The translations under genes were made by a program, and so were the position numbers. Positions 1 to 8,199 of a DNA stretch of 58,468 nucleotides are shown piece by piece; within the stretch, counting starts at the first letter, position 1, and every line of letters starts with the position of its first letter. The DNA lies in contig JBDRBW010000009.1 in NCBI GenBank assembly GCA_043822345.1, positions 1-58,468 of the forward strand. The letters are read 5' to 3'. A model generated the notes under the pieces. It was not told the origin of the DNA and did not search any database. It saw only the letters and a program-made list of their open reading frames with translations. Source of the DNA: Patescibacteria group bacterium. Its GTDB lineage: Bacteria; Patescibacteriota; Minisyncoccia; UBA6257; UBA11618.

Positions 1-16
1 CTTTCTTCCTTTCTTT

Positions 17-88
17 GTCATCTCGACTGTAATGGAGAGATCTCAATAACTACACGTTACTGAGATTTCTCGACAGGCTCGAAATGAC
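17..88. repeat. GTCAT...ATGAC palindromic element, family B
   Basis: The arms gtcatctcgac..ggagagatctca and tgagatttctcgac..cgaaatgac form an imperfect palindrome. The same arm sequences recur at 26879-26960, 40588-40617 and 47839-47928. Confidence 0.8.
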
Positions 89-144
89 TAGTTGTTGATG
101 TTCTGATCCGTATTATAGCAAAATTTAGGGTGGTTGTCAAGGGG

Positions 145-173
145 TTGACTTTTATATAAAAATTTGCTATAAT
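145..173 (+). promoter_or_regulatory. sigma70-like promoter
   Basis: TTGACT (145-150), a 17-nt spacer, then TATAAT (168-173), about 55 nt upstream of the ATG at 230. Confidence 0.6.
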
Positions 174-229
174 TACAGGCAGTAACTGAAGGACAGGCCT
201 TCGGGCTAACAACTAAAAAGGAGCGGAAA

Positions 230-682
230 ATGAAACCTGATGAATTAGTAGTCGTTGCTTTAGTCGTCGTGTACCTGATCTGCTTGCTGGTGGGTTGTTG
301 TGCGATTGAACCTAGATCTAAGGTCAAGTTTGACCGACAAAATTCGGTTGCGCCCGGCGCGACACCGAGTGCTGAAGCCGCCGTCATGCCCGCGGACAGA
401 CTTGGCCCGGAAAAAGTTTCTGTGGGAAGTATGCCAGTGGGCGCGGAAGGTTGGGTCCCTTTTTGCTTAATGGATATAAGCAGAGAAGGTCAGTGTTTCA
501 TCGCCCCCTTCGTCGAGTTGGGGGAGGAATCTTCTTTGGGAAATACAATTCGCGTCAGGCGCGAGGCTGATGGCTTTCACGTCTACATAGGTAACGAGCA
601 AAGGCCCTGGGAAAGATCTAAGTATTCCGCCGAGGAACTTAGGCGGATGGACTTTATTCCAGTGGTCAAACTGCACAGCTAA
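230..682 (+). CDS. hypothetical protein, lipoprotein-like N-terminus
   Basis: 150-aa ORF. The N-terminal hydrophobic stretch ends in LLVGCC (lipobox-like). It has its own promoter and terminator. Confidence 0.6.
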   Translation: MKPDELVVVALVVVYLICLLVGCCAIEPRSKVKFDRQNSVAPGATPSAEAAVMPADRLGPEKVSVGSMPVGAEGWVPFCLMDISREGQCFIAPFVELGEESSLGNTIRVRREADGFHVYIGNEQRPWERSKYSAEELRRMDFIPVVKLHS

Positions 683-706
683 GCAAGAAAGTTGTCACCG
701 ACAACA

Positions 707-733
707 AGCCCCCAATAATCGGGGGCTTTTCAT
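707..733 (+). terminator. intrinsic terminator
   Basis: Stem agccccc / gggggct followed by a T run, directly after the stop at 682. Confidence 0.7.
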
Positions 734-786
734 TTACAATGATTACTATAACTACGGCTGTAGTTATAGTAATCAAAATTAAAAAA

Positions 787-1509
787 TTAACGAAACGAAA
801 GGAAGTTTACCAATTCTTGCGGCAACTCGGGTTGGGTTTCCAGTAAATCGGTGCCGTGGCCGCCAGATGGGTAGATTTTAGTAGTGGCTTGGGCGGGAGT
901 AATTTCTTTCAACTTACGAACTGATTCAGCCGAATAACCATCGTCTTCGGCGGCGGCTAAAAATATCTTCTGGCTATCGCGCAGTTCTTTACTAAACTCA
1001 TCAGCTTCCACGTCTTTGTAATTCAAGCCCGGCGAGAGAGCGAAGCCAGCCAACGACTCATGGTGTTGGGCAAGATATTGAATTGCCAGATTGGCGCCAA
1101 TCGAGGCGCCACCCACTAAAATATTATCGGCTGTTATGCCCTTACTAATAAGAAACTCCCTAGCCCCCTCCACGTCATTAATAGATGTTTGATTGCTCCC
1201 TTGGCTTTCGCCATGGCCGCGTAGGTCAATTGCCAATACCTGAAAACCGGCGGCGCTCAATTTATTGCCAAAATCATCCCAACTTTCTTTGGTGGTCGAC
1301 ATCATATGCAAAAGGATTATTCCCCTATCGCTATCTACCTTCCAATAGTTGGCGATTATTTCTATATTATCAGTGGTTGTGTAAGTGATTTTCTCCATAT
1401 AAATTATTTTTTCATCCGATTGTTTTTTTGCCGGTTGCCAATTTGACCAGACAAACCAGCCGATAAGAATAATCAGGGCTAATGCTATAATACGAGGAAT
1501 GTACCTCAT
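787..1509 (-). CDS. alpha/beta hydrolase fold protein, membrane anchored
   Basis: N-terminal TM helix, LRGHGESQG, nucleophile-elbow-like GGASIGA, and a C-terminal SGGHG. Confidence 0.75.
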   Translation of the reverse strand: MRYIPRIIALALIILIGWFVWSNWQPAKKQSDEKIIYMEKITYTTTDNIEIIANYWKVDSDRGIILLHMMSTTKESWDDFGNKLSAAGFQVLAIDLRGHGESQGSNQTSINDVEGAREFLISKGITADNILVGGASIGANLAIQYLAQHHESLAGFALSPGLNYKDVEADEFSKELRDSQKIFLAAAEDDGYSAESVRKLKEITPAQATTKIYPSGGHGTDLLETQPELPQELVNFLSFR

Positions 1510-1826
1510 CGCAAAGTATAATAGACACCGCGGCCGGTGGCGCCTTTTTGGACAATATCACCGTTTTTTTCCAGTTCGTCAAGATAGCGGGTGGCGGTGG
1601 CATCGGAAACGCCCAACAGCTCCTCTATCTCATTATTGGTAATCCGCCCCTCTAGCGGCGGCTTACTGCGTTTCGTCAACTCTAGTAAAATTTTGGCTTT
1701 TGCCTCTCTTGTTGCTTCACGTTCGATTTTATCAGGCCGATCAAGTGTAGCAATCTTCATTCCAATTACAATCGACACTACCGCGATAATAATATATATA
1801 AAATATTGATAATTCATAATTTTCAT
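1506..1826 (-). CDS. membrane-anchored winged-helix DNA-binding protein
   Basis: N-terminal TM helix. The C-terminal [32 protein letters not shown]...YYTL matches the HTH plus wing pattern. Overlaps the downstream hydrolase gene by 4 nt. Confidence 0.6.
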   Translation of the reverse strand: MKIMNYQYFIYIIIAVVSIVIGMKIATLDRPDKIEREATREAKAKILLELTKRSKPPLEGRITNNEIEELLGVSDATATRYLDELEKNGDIVQKGATGRGVYYTLR

Positions 1827-1835
1827 TCTAACAAT

Positions 1836-1864
1836 AAACGGCTCACTTTGAAAGTGAGCCGTTT
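1836..1864. terminator. AAACGG..CCGTTT hairpin (shared terminator family)
   Basis: Hairpin aaacggctcac-tttgaaa-gtgagccgttt. The same stem ends recur at 10176, 23388, 24929, 36472, 38601 and 57466. Confidence 0.55.
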
Positions 1865-1869
1865 AGGGG

Positions 1870-1898
1870 TTGACAAAGTTTAACTTTTTTGTTATAAT
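1870..1898 (+). promoter_or_regulatory. sigma70-like promoter
   Basis: TTGACA (1870-1875), a 17-nt spacer, then TATAAT (1893-1898). Confidence 0.65.
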
Positions 1899-1952
1899 AC
1901 CAACAGAACCTAAACAGTCCCAAAAACCCAACTTTGTTTAAGGAGAGAGAAT

Positions 1953-2240
1953 GTGTTCGTCTTAGTTCCCCACGATATTGATGAGTGTGGAGATGTGGTG
2001 ATGATTGACGCGCCAGTGATGGGTATCTTCCCAACCAAAGAAGAAGCCGAGGAATTTCTCCTCCAAGTAGCCGACTATTTGCACAATGAAGATCTCGATG
2101 CTTGGGAATATCACTACGGCGAAATCGACGGCGTGGTTCATCTCTACCGTATCTTTCCCCTCGTCTTTACCTGTGATGAAATCGATGATTTGCTAGACCG
2201 TCGGGAAAGAGCCACGAGGCTCGTTGGCAGAGGAAGATGA
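1953..2240 (+). CDS. hypothetical acidic protein
   Basis: 95-aa ORF with a GTG start 5 nt after AAGGAGAG. It has its own promoter and terminator. Confidence 0.55.
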   Translation: MFVLVPHDIDECGDVVMIDAPVMGIFPTKEEAEEFLLQVADYLHNEDLDAWEYHYGEIDGVVHLYRIFPLVFTCDEIDDLLDRRERATRLVGRGR

Positions 2241-2274
2241 CCGAACAACCAAAGTCCTCAACGTGAGGCTCGCT

Positions 2275-2296
2275 GACCGAGAACGGTCTTTTTTTA
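2275..2296 (+). terminator. intrinsic terminator
   Basis: Stem gaccg-agaa-cggtc followed by an 8-nt T run. Confidence 0.65.
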
Positions 2297-2336
2297 TTTT
2301 TAAAGAGAAATTATTGGGGTAATTAAATAATTAAAA

Positions 2337-2655
2337 GAAAAGCGAATAAAATGTGTTTTTATTAGACTAAAGGCGAAGCGCTTACTTAGCCAACTAACGA
2401 ACGAAAAGAAGATTTCTTTAGAAAAACAAGCTGTTTGAGTCCCAAAAAAGGCAACTATAATCACGGCCGTGATTATAGTTGCCTTTTTTGGTTGAGTTCT
2501 TGTTTTTCTTACTCTATGAGGATAGTGAGAAAATAAATAAAACTTGTTTTATTTATTTTTGAACGACGAAGTTGAGCATCTGAAATATTCTTTGAGTGAG
2601 TTGGGTTGGCTTAGTAATAAAGCGGTCTAATAAAAACACATTTTATTCGCTTTTC
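2337..2655. repeat. large composite hairpin element, family D copy 1 (candidate structured RNA in the fusA 3' region)
   Basis: A perfect 31-bp outer stem (2337-2367 / 2625-2655) encloses sequence blocks shared with 24985-25205. Confidence 0.7.
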
Positions 2656-2662
2656 TTTCTCC

Positions 2663-4771
2663 TTACTTTTTCCTTCCCTCAATAATTTCCAGAGCCACAT
2701 TCACTGGCACCTGATCGTAATGATGAAATTCCATACTGAAAGTGCCGCGGCCTTGGGTAATAGAACGTAGTTTAGTGGCGTAGCCAAAAAGCTCAGCCAG
2801 TGGCACAAGAGCGTCAATAATCTTGATACCAGCCCGATCATCCATCTTTTCAATCTGGCCCCGCTTAGAGTTAAGATCGCCGGTCACATCGCCCAGAAAC
2901 ACTTCTGGTACAATAACCTGCACCGCCATAACCGGTTCTAGTAAAACCGGCTTACACCTCTTGGCACCCTCCTGAAAAGCGATTGATCCAGCTATCTTAA
3001 AGGCGGCTTCCGAGGAGTCCACTTCATGGAACGAGCCGTCATACAAAGTTACCTTAACATCAACTATCGGATAATGAGCAACAACGCCCTTCCCCAACGC
3101 TTCTTTGACGCCTTTTTCTACCGGCGAAATGTATTCTTTGGGAATAGTACCTCCCCTAATAGCGTCAACAAATTCAAAGCCAGCGCCCTTCTCTTGGGGC
3201 TCAATTTCTAACCAAACATGGCCGTACTGGCCGCGGCCACCAGATTGGCGGATATACTTACCCTCGGACTTAGCGGAGGTGGTAACCGTCTCCCGATAGG
3301 CCACCTGCGGCCGGCCAACGCTGGCCTCAACATTAAACTCCCGCTTCATCCGCTCAACAATCACCTCTAAATGCAGTTCACCCATACCAGAGATAATGGT
3401 TTCGCCGGTCTCAATGTCTCCGCTAACTCTAAAGGTTGGATCCTCTTCCGCCAAACGGTGTAAGGCAATGCCCATTTTTTCTTGATCGTCCTTAGTTTTA
3501 GGTTCAACTCGAATAGAGATAACCGGCTCGGGAAATACAATTTTTTCCAAAATAATTGGGTGATCAGGATCGCTAAGCGTGTCGCCGGTGGTGGTGTCTT
3601 TCATTCCCACTAATCCACCAATTTCACCAGTATAGATTTCGTCTACATCTTCGCGGTGGTTGGCGTGCATACGCAAAATTCGTCCCACCCGTTCCTTTTG
3701 CCCTTTGGAAACATTTAAAATATAACTGCCTTTTTTAAGCGAACCGGAATAGACCCGGAAGTAAGTTAACGAGCCGACGAAAGGATCGGCCGCCACTTTG
3801 AAAGCTAACGCGGAAAAAGGAGCGTCATCTTTAGCGGCGCGCTCCAGCTCCCCTTCAGTTTTTGGATCAATGCCTTTAGTAGGCGGCAGATCAGCTGGTG
3901 ACGGCAAGTAATCAACCACCGCATCCAAAACCAACTGAACACCCTTGTTTTTAAGAGCGGAGCCGGTAAAAACAGGCACTAACTTTACTTCTATTACCGC
4001 CTTGCGCAAAACTCGCTTTAAGTCGCCAGCGGCAATTTCCTTGCCTTCCAAAAAATCGCTCATTAATCCATCGTCATGTTCAACGATTTTTTCCACCAAC
4101 TCGGCGCGCCTTTTTTCCACTTCTTCTTTAAGGTCGGCGGGAATGTCGTCGCTTGCCTCCACAACCTCGCCTAATTTACCGCCAAAACGGTAAACCTTTC
4201 TGGTTAACAAATCAACCAATCCCTCAAAATTGGATTCTGTACCGATGGGTATCTGCATAGCGACAGCATCGGCCGTTAGCCGTTCTCTGATGGATTGCAA
4301 GCTGTGATTAAAACTGGCGCCGGTTCGGTCTAATTTATTAATAAAACAGATGCGTGGCACTTTGTATTCGTCGGCATAGCGCCAATTGGTCTCCGATTGC
4401 GGTTCAACACCAGCGACGCCATCAAAAACTACTACCGCGCCATCAAGGACACGCATGGAGCGTTTGACTTCAACGGTGAAATCAATGTGGCCGGGAGTAT
4501 CAATAATGTTAATGCGATGCTCTTGTTCCTTATTGCCTTTAGCATAAGTTGGTGTCCAAAAGCAGGTGGTGGCCGCCGAAGTGATGGTAATCCCCCGCTC
4601 CTGCTCCTGCTCCATCCAGTCCATTACCGCCGTCCCCTCGTGCACCTCGCCAATCTTGTAAGAAATGCCGGTATAAAAAAGCACCCGCTCGGTAACCGTG
4701 GTTTTACCGGCGTCAATATGGGCGATAATTCCTATATCACGGACTTTTTCTATAGGATACTTTCTAGACAT
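2663..4771 (-). CDS. fusA: elongation factor G
   Basis: [17 protein letters not shown] and NKLD GTPase motifs. Full-length EF-G-like 702 aa, downstream of rpsG. Confidence 0.98.
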   Translation of the reverse strand: MSRKYPIEKVRDIGIIAHIDAGKTTVTERVLFYTGISYKIGEVHEGTAVMDWMEQEQERGITITSAATTCFWTPTYAKGNKEQEHRINIIDTPGHIDFTVEVKRSMRVLDGAVVVFDGVAGVEPQSETNWRYADEYKVPRICFINKLDRTGASFNHSLQSIRERLTADAVAMQIPIGTESNFEGLVDLLTRKVYRFGGKLGEVVEASDDIPADLKEEVEKRRAELVEKIVEHDDGLMSDFLEGKEIAAGDLKRVLRKAVIEVKLVPVFTGSALKNKGVQLVLDAVVDYLPSPADLPPTKGIDPKTEGELERAAKDDAPFSALAFKVAADPFVGSLTYFRVYSGSLKKGSYILNVSKGQKERVGRILRMHANHREDVDEIYTGEIGGLVGMKDTTTGDTLSDPDHPIILEKIVFPEPVISIRVEPKTKDDQEKMGIALHRLAEEDPTFRVSGDIETGETIISGMGELHLEVIVERMKREFNVEASVGRPQVAYRETVTTSAKSEGKYIRQSGGRGQYGHVWLEIEPQEKGAGFEFVDAIRGGTIPKEYISPVEKGVKEALGKGVVAHYPIVDVKVTLYDGSFHEVDSSEAAFKIAGSIAFQEGAKRCKPVLLEPVMAVQVIVPEVFLGDVTGDLNSKRGQIEKMDDRAGIKIIDALVPLAELFGYATKLRSITQGRGTFSMEFHHYDQVPVNVALEIIEGRKK

Positions 4772-4916
4772 GTCCTTAAAACTTAAAAACTAAAATCCTA
4801 AACGCCTAAATATAAACTAAATTCTAAAATATTAAACATCTAAAAGTTTTTATTTTTTAGTTTTTATTGTTTTAGTTTGTATTTAGATTTTAGATGTTTA
4901 GAAGTTTAGTTTTTAA
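4772..4916. repeat. AT-rich ctaaa/tttag imperfect palindrome, family E copy 1
   Basis: It fills the whole rpsG-fusA spacer. About 80 nt (4823-4909) are near-identical to 28011-28091. Confidence 0.7.
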
Positions 4917-5387
4917 TCAACGTCTGGCAAAATGCGCGAAGGCGCGATTGGCCTCGGCCATGCGATGAGTATTTTGTTTTTTCTTCATCGCTTCACCCTC
5001 GTTTTTGTAGGCCGCCAAAAGCTCCGCGGCCAAATGCTTGGCCATCGGCGCGCCTTTTTTTGCTCGCGCCGCGCCAATCAACCAGCGAGCCGCTAAGACA
5101 AACTTGCGATCAGCCCGCACTTCTCGCGGTACCTGATAATTGGCGCCACCAACGCGAGTGCTAACCACTTCCACCGCCGGCGAAACATTGGCGATGGCCT
5201 TCTCAAAAACCTCCAGTGGGTCTTCTTTGGTTTCTTCCTTTATTATATCAAAAGCATCATAAAGCACTTTCTCCGCTATCGCTTTCTTGCCGTCGTTCAT
5301 TAGGTAATTAATAAAACGCCCTGCCACAATGTTCTGATGGCGATAGTCCGGTCGATGCTCTTTTTTGTATAATTTTTTTCTACGCAT
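4917..5387 (-). CDS. rpsG: 30S ribosomal protein S7
   Basis: 156 aa with a typical S7 sequence, in str operon order. Confidence 0.97.
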   Translation of the reverse strand: MRRKKLYKKEHRPDYRHQNIVAGRFINYLMNDGKKAIAEKVLYDAFDIIKEETKEDPLEVFEKAIANVSPAVEVVSTRVGGANYQVPREVRADRKFVLAARWLIGAARAKKGAPMAKHLAAELLAAYKNEGEAMKKKQNTHRMAEANRAFAHFARR

Positions 5388-5389
5388 AT

Positions 5390-5800
5390 TTATTTAGGCT
5401 TTTTCGCTCCGTATCTTGACCGTTTCTGTTTACGCCCTTCAACGCCGGTGGTATCCAAACGGCCGCGGACGATGTGATAGCGGACGCCCGGCAGATCTTT
5501 TACCCGGCCGCCGCGAATCATTACTATGGAGTGTTCTTGTAAGTTATGCCCTTCGCCGGGAATGTAGGCGGTTACCTCATTGCCGTTAGTCAAGCGAACT
5601 CGGGCGATTTTCCGCAAAGCCGAGTTTGGTTTTTTCGGCGTCGTTGTTTTTACCTGCAAACAAACTCCCCGCTTAAAGGGAGAGGGCGAATTGACCGGCT
5701 CGTTTTTGAGATCGTTAAAATACCGCCGCAATGCCGGCGTCTTTGGTTTGGCAGTTTTACTTTTTCTGCCCGTTTTAATTAATTGCCTGATTGTGGGCAT
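5390..5800 (-). CDS. rpsL: 30S ribosomal protein S12
   Basis: MPTIRQLIK... has the canonical S12 N-terminus. The ORF extends two codons further, to 5806. Confidence 0.97.
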   Translation of the reverse strand: MPTIRQLIKTGRKSKTAKPKTPALRRYFNDLKNEPVNSPSPFKRGVCLQVKTTTPKKPNSALRKIARVRLTNGNEVTAYIPGEGHNLQEHSIVMIRGGRVKDLPGVRYHIVRGRLDTTGVEGRKQKRSRYGAKKPK

Positions 5801-5845
5801 ATTCAAGTATGCTACACAATCAAATGGCGCATGTCAAATTCAGTC

Positions 5846-6063
5846 GTCATTCTGAACGAAGTGCCCGCCTGCCAGGCCGCCATCGGCTTTGCCGAAGGCA
5901 TGCCGGCGGGCAACGCTGTAGCACTTGCGGGCAGGAAGAATCTTTACCGGTTAAATTTCTCCCGCTCTTAGCGGGACCCCGCCAAGGCGGTGGTAATTCA
6001 CCTAATAAAATTTCTAATCGCCCAAGTTCCAACCCGTCATTGCGAGTGATAGCGAAGTAATCT
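5846..6063. repeat. composite of GTCAT-type elements (family A half, cccgcc..ggcggg module, gtcattgcgag..gaagtaatct unit)
   Basis: gtcattctgaacgaagtg at 5846, aagaatcttt near 5936, gtcattgcgagtgatagcgaagtaatct at 6036-6063. Lies upstream of rpsL. Confidence 0.7.
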
Positions 6064-6085
6064 TAACAATTTTTAATTTTCAAAA

Positions 6086-6121
6086 TGTCCAGCATATCCA
6101 CGATCGTGGATATGCTGGACA
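6086..6121. repeat. palindrome family F, copy 1 (variant)
   Basis: tgtccagcatatccacgatcgtggatatgctggaca is a perfect palindrome. It is closely related to the 38-bp copies at 50099, 50913 and 58402. Confidence 0.85.
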
Positions 6122-6125
6122 AAAG

Positions 6126-6155
6126 TTGACAAGGTGCATTGTTCTGTGCTAGACT
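6126..6155 (+). promoter_or_regulatory. sigma70-like promoter abutting palindrome F1
   Basis: TTGACA (6126-6131), an 18-nt spacer, then TAGACT (6150-6155). Confidence 0.6.
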
Positions 6156-6215
6156 ACTGACAGAAATTGGGAGATCGGCTCCCGATAGCGAAGTTCTTTG
6201 ACGAAGGGAAAAGAA

Positions 6216-6941
6216 ATGGAAAATCTGTGGTGGTTTTTGGGGACAGTTATTCTGTATTATGTTACAGATCATCTCTTATATCACTACTATAACAACCCCT
6301 GTAGAATCAATGCTGAGTGGCTTAGCGATAAAAATCTTTTGAAAAGATTGGGTATCATCGCTCTACTCTGCCTGCCAATCAACATCAACGACCATGTGTT
6401 TACCGTTTTGGGCAATGGCGTTGCCGAAAAAAGTATGTGGTCGGTTTGTTCACTTTATCAAAAGGCGGGTTCGCACGCTGTCTCCGGCTTGGCGCTTTGC
6501 CAAAAAGCCGGTGGAACCGCTTTTTCGCTTTTCAACTTTTTTGGCTATCAACGCTCTGAAAATGAAAACACGATATCTGGAGTTGGTATTGTCAGCGCCC
6601 AGTTTGCTAAACGAGAATCTGTATTGGCAGTAGGGATTTCTGGTTATCAGCAATCACAAACGCAATTCAAGCAAGTAAAACAAAAAAAGCGCATGGGGAC
6701 GATGGTTGGTACAGGCATATCTTGTTGGCAAGAATCTCAGAGTGAGTCTATTGTTGGAGTGGGTTTTGTTGGTTATCAGAATAGTAAGAACGGCTCTTTT
6801 GTCGGGATCGGCGGCGCCGGCCGACAACGGTCGGAAAAAGCCGTTCACGTTCCCATCGGCATCGCCCTTTATCAACAAGTCCCCGGCGCCAGCCGAGTAT
6901 TTGGCGCGTTCTGGCCACTAAAAGCGGTGGAAGAGAATTGA
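6216..6941 (+). CDS. hypothetical membrane protein with degenerate G-x-G-x-x-G-Y-Q-x-S repeats
   Basis: ATG at 6216 follows GAAGGGAAAAG (the ORF opens at TTG 6198). N-terminal TM segments. Repeated units include VGISGYQQSQ, VGFVGYQNSK, GISCWQESQ and GIALYQQ. Confidence 0.6.
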   Translation: MENLWWFLGTVILYYVTDHLLYHYYNNPCRINAEWLSDKNLLKRLGIIALLCLPININDHVFTVLGNGVAEKSMWSVCSLYQKAGSHAVSGLALCQKAGGTAFSLFNFFGYQRSENENTISGVGIVSAQFAKRESVLAVGISGYQQSQTQFKQVKQKKRMGTMVGTGISCWQESQSESIVGVGFVGYQNSKNGSFVGIGGAGRQRSEKAVHVPIGIALYQQVPGASRVFGAFWPLKAVEEN

Positions 6942-6945
6942 AGCT

Positions 6946-6972
6946 CACACCCCCGATTCGGGGGTGTTTTTT
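6946..6972. terminator. intrinsic terminator between convergent genes
   Basis: Stem cacaccccc-gattc-gggggtgt plus a T run. Lies between the stops at 6941 (+) and 6971 (-). Confidence 0.7.
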
Positions 6973-7624
6973 ATATGGGTAGATTTGGTCCAATTCCAAC
7001 CAGTAATAGTAGAATGTTGAAAACAAAGAAAACTACCGCCTGTAGGACGGGTAGGAGGAAGAGAATGAAGAAAATAATGAAGAAAAATCCATAACGTTCT
7101 AGCGTAGCTTGAATATGGGCGGCGGAATGCGGTAAAAAAGCAAAGAGGATTTTGGAGCCGTCTAGCGGCGGAAAAGGCACTAGATTAAAAACCGCCAGCA
7201 AGATATTAAGTAAAACAATGATACTAAAAGCGGTCATTAGCATTTCGCCGCCAATGCCAAAAGTTACCGGCAGGTGTAGTAATAGAGCAAAAACAGTTGC
7301 TAAAAAGATATTGGAGATCGGGCCGGCGGCGCCGATTATAGCCGCCCCCTTTTTGGGATCGGCTAGATTGTAGGGATTATAAGGCACGGGCTTGGCCCAG
7401 CCGATAATAATGGAACTGCCACCCAGAAGAATGGGAATAGCTAAAATCAACGGCACAATAATTGAGCCGAAAGGGTCAAGGTGTTTTAGTGGGTTAAGCG
7501 TTAATCGTCCCAGACGCTTGGCGGTATCGTCACCCAAATATAAAGCCACCGCTCCGTGAGAGATTTCATGAATCATTATGGAGAAAAGTAAGACTATTAG
7601 TTGGAAGATTAGTAAGGTAGCCAT
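6971..7624 (-). CDS. site-2 protease family (peptidase M50) membrane metalloprotease
   Basis: HEISHG (HExxH) in TM1, plus NLVPFPPLDG, the second S2P signature. The protein is polytopic. Confidence 0.8.
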   Translation of the reverse strand: MATLLIFQLIVLLFSIMIHEISHGAVALYLGDDTAKRLGRLTLNPLKHLDPFGSIIVPLILAIPILLGGSSIIIGWAKPVPYNPYNLADPKKGAAIIGAAGPISNIFLATVFALLLHLPVTFGIGGEMLMTAFSIIVLLNILLAVFNLVPFPPLDGSKILFAFLPHSAAHIQATLERYGFFFIIFFILFLLPVLQAVVFFVFNILLLLVGIGPNLPI

Positions 7625-7655
7625 ATTTGAGTCTACGCACTTTATTGTATCATAA

Positions 7656-7806
7656 AATAGATGGCGCAGTAATTGTTCCGAGAAAGACGGCTCGGCTCGC
7701 TCCAGCGGCGAGCCGTCCTTGATCTCAGCGAGTTTTCCTCGCTACGCTCGGAACCAAGCAAACTCGCTTCCGATACACTTTTCGGAACAACTCTGCGCCA
7801 TCTATT
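7656..7806. repeat. hairpin element family C, copy 1
   Basis: Outer inverted repeat aatagatggcgcag / ctgcgccatctatt. The inner conserved block accaagcaaactcgc.tccga.aca is shared with 40625-40777. Confidence 0.7.
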
Positions 7807-7832
7807 CTACTTACCACACCCCTTTATTACTA

Positions 7833-7862
7833 TTGACAAATCCAACCAAACTATGCTACACT
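7833..7862 (+). promoter_or_regulatory. sigma70-like promoter
   Basis: TTGACA (7833-7838), an 18-nt spacer, then TACACT (7857-7862). Confidence 0.6.
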
Positions 7863-7918
7863 ACCAGCAGTAGTTTGGAAACCAGTTTCTGTGTCCCCTA
7901 TTTGAAGGAAAAGAAGAC

Positions 7919-8086
7919 ATGTCACTCACGGGAAGATTGGCGGATCCAATCGGAATAATCATTGAGTATTGCCAAAAGCGGTACGGGATGAAACCCGAGG
8001 TCACCAGAACGATCGTTATTAACCTGCGCATCTGCGACCGTCGCACACTCTTCGCCAAAGCGTTGGCGGAAATCGGCATCGACTAG
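7919..8086 (+). CDS. hypothetical 55-aa protein (below the ORF-track cutoff)
   Basis: Hand translation from the ATG after GAAGGAAAAG: MSLTGRLADPIGIIIEYCQKRYGMKPEVTRTIVINLRICDRRTLFAKALAEIGID. Flanked by its own promoter and terminator. Confidence 0.5.
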   Translation: MSLTGRLADPIGIIIEYCQKRYGMKPEVTRTIVINLRICDRRTLFAKALAEIGID

Positions 8087-8111
8087 AACGCGCTGGTCAG
8101 CAGCCACAAAA

Positions 8112-8153
8112 AACGCCCCATCAGAATTTTCCGATCGGGGCGTTGTTTTTTTT
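8112..8153 (+). terminator. intrinsic terminator
   Basis: Stem aacgcccc ... ggggcgtt followed by a long T run. Confidence 0.75.
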
Positions 8154-8161
8154 ATTTTTAT

Positions 8162-8190
8162 GTCATTCTGAATATTAGTGAAGAATCTTT
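8162..8190. repeat. family A half element
   Basis: gtcattctgaatattagtgaagaatcttt, just 3' of the thyX stop. Confidence 0.6.
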
Positions 8191-8199
8191 AATCTACGA

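Noticed and set aside
2663-4786. Plus-strand ORFs inside fusA (3026-3211, 3105-3299, 3945-4193, 4397-4786). Similar antisense ORFs lie inside groEL, dnaK, lepA, aspS, secD, prkA, spoVR and the secreted-protein genes.
   Set aside because: They lie entirely antisense to, or out of frame with, strongly supported conserved genes. They have low-complexity translations and no start signals.
5783-6060. ORFs translating the repeat cluster upstream of rpsL (5783-5971, 5791-6060, 5847-6032). Analogous ORFs cover 40482-40969 and 54003-54200.
   Set aside because: They consist of repeat-element translations (VILNEV..., SLRVIAK, HPERSEGS) found in several frames and on both strands. They are better explained as non-coding elements.
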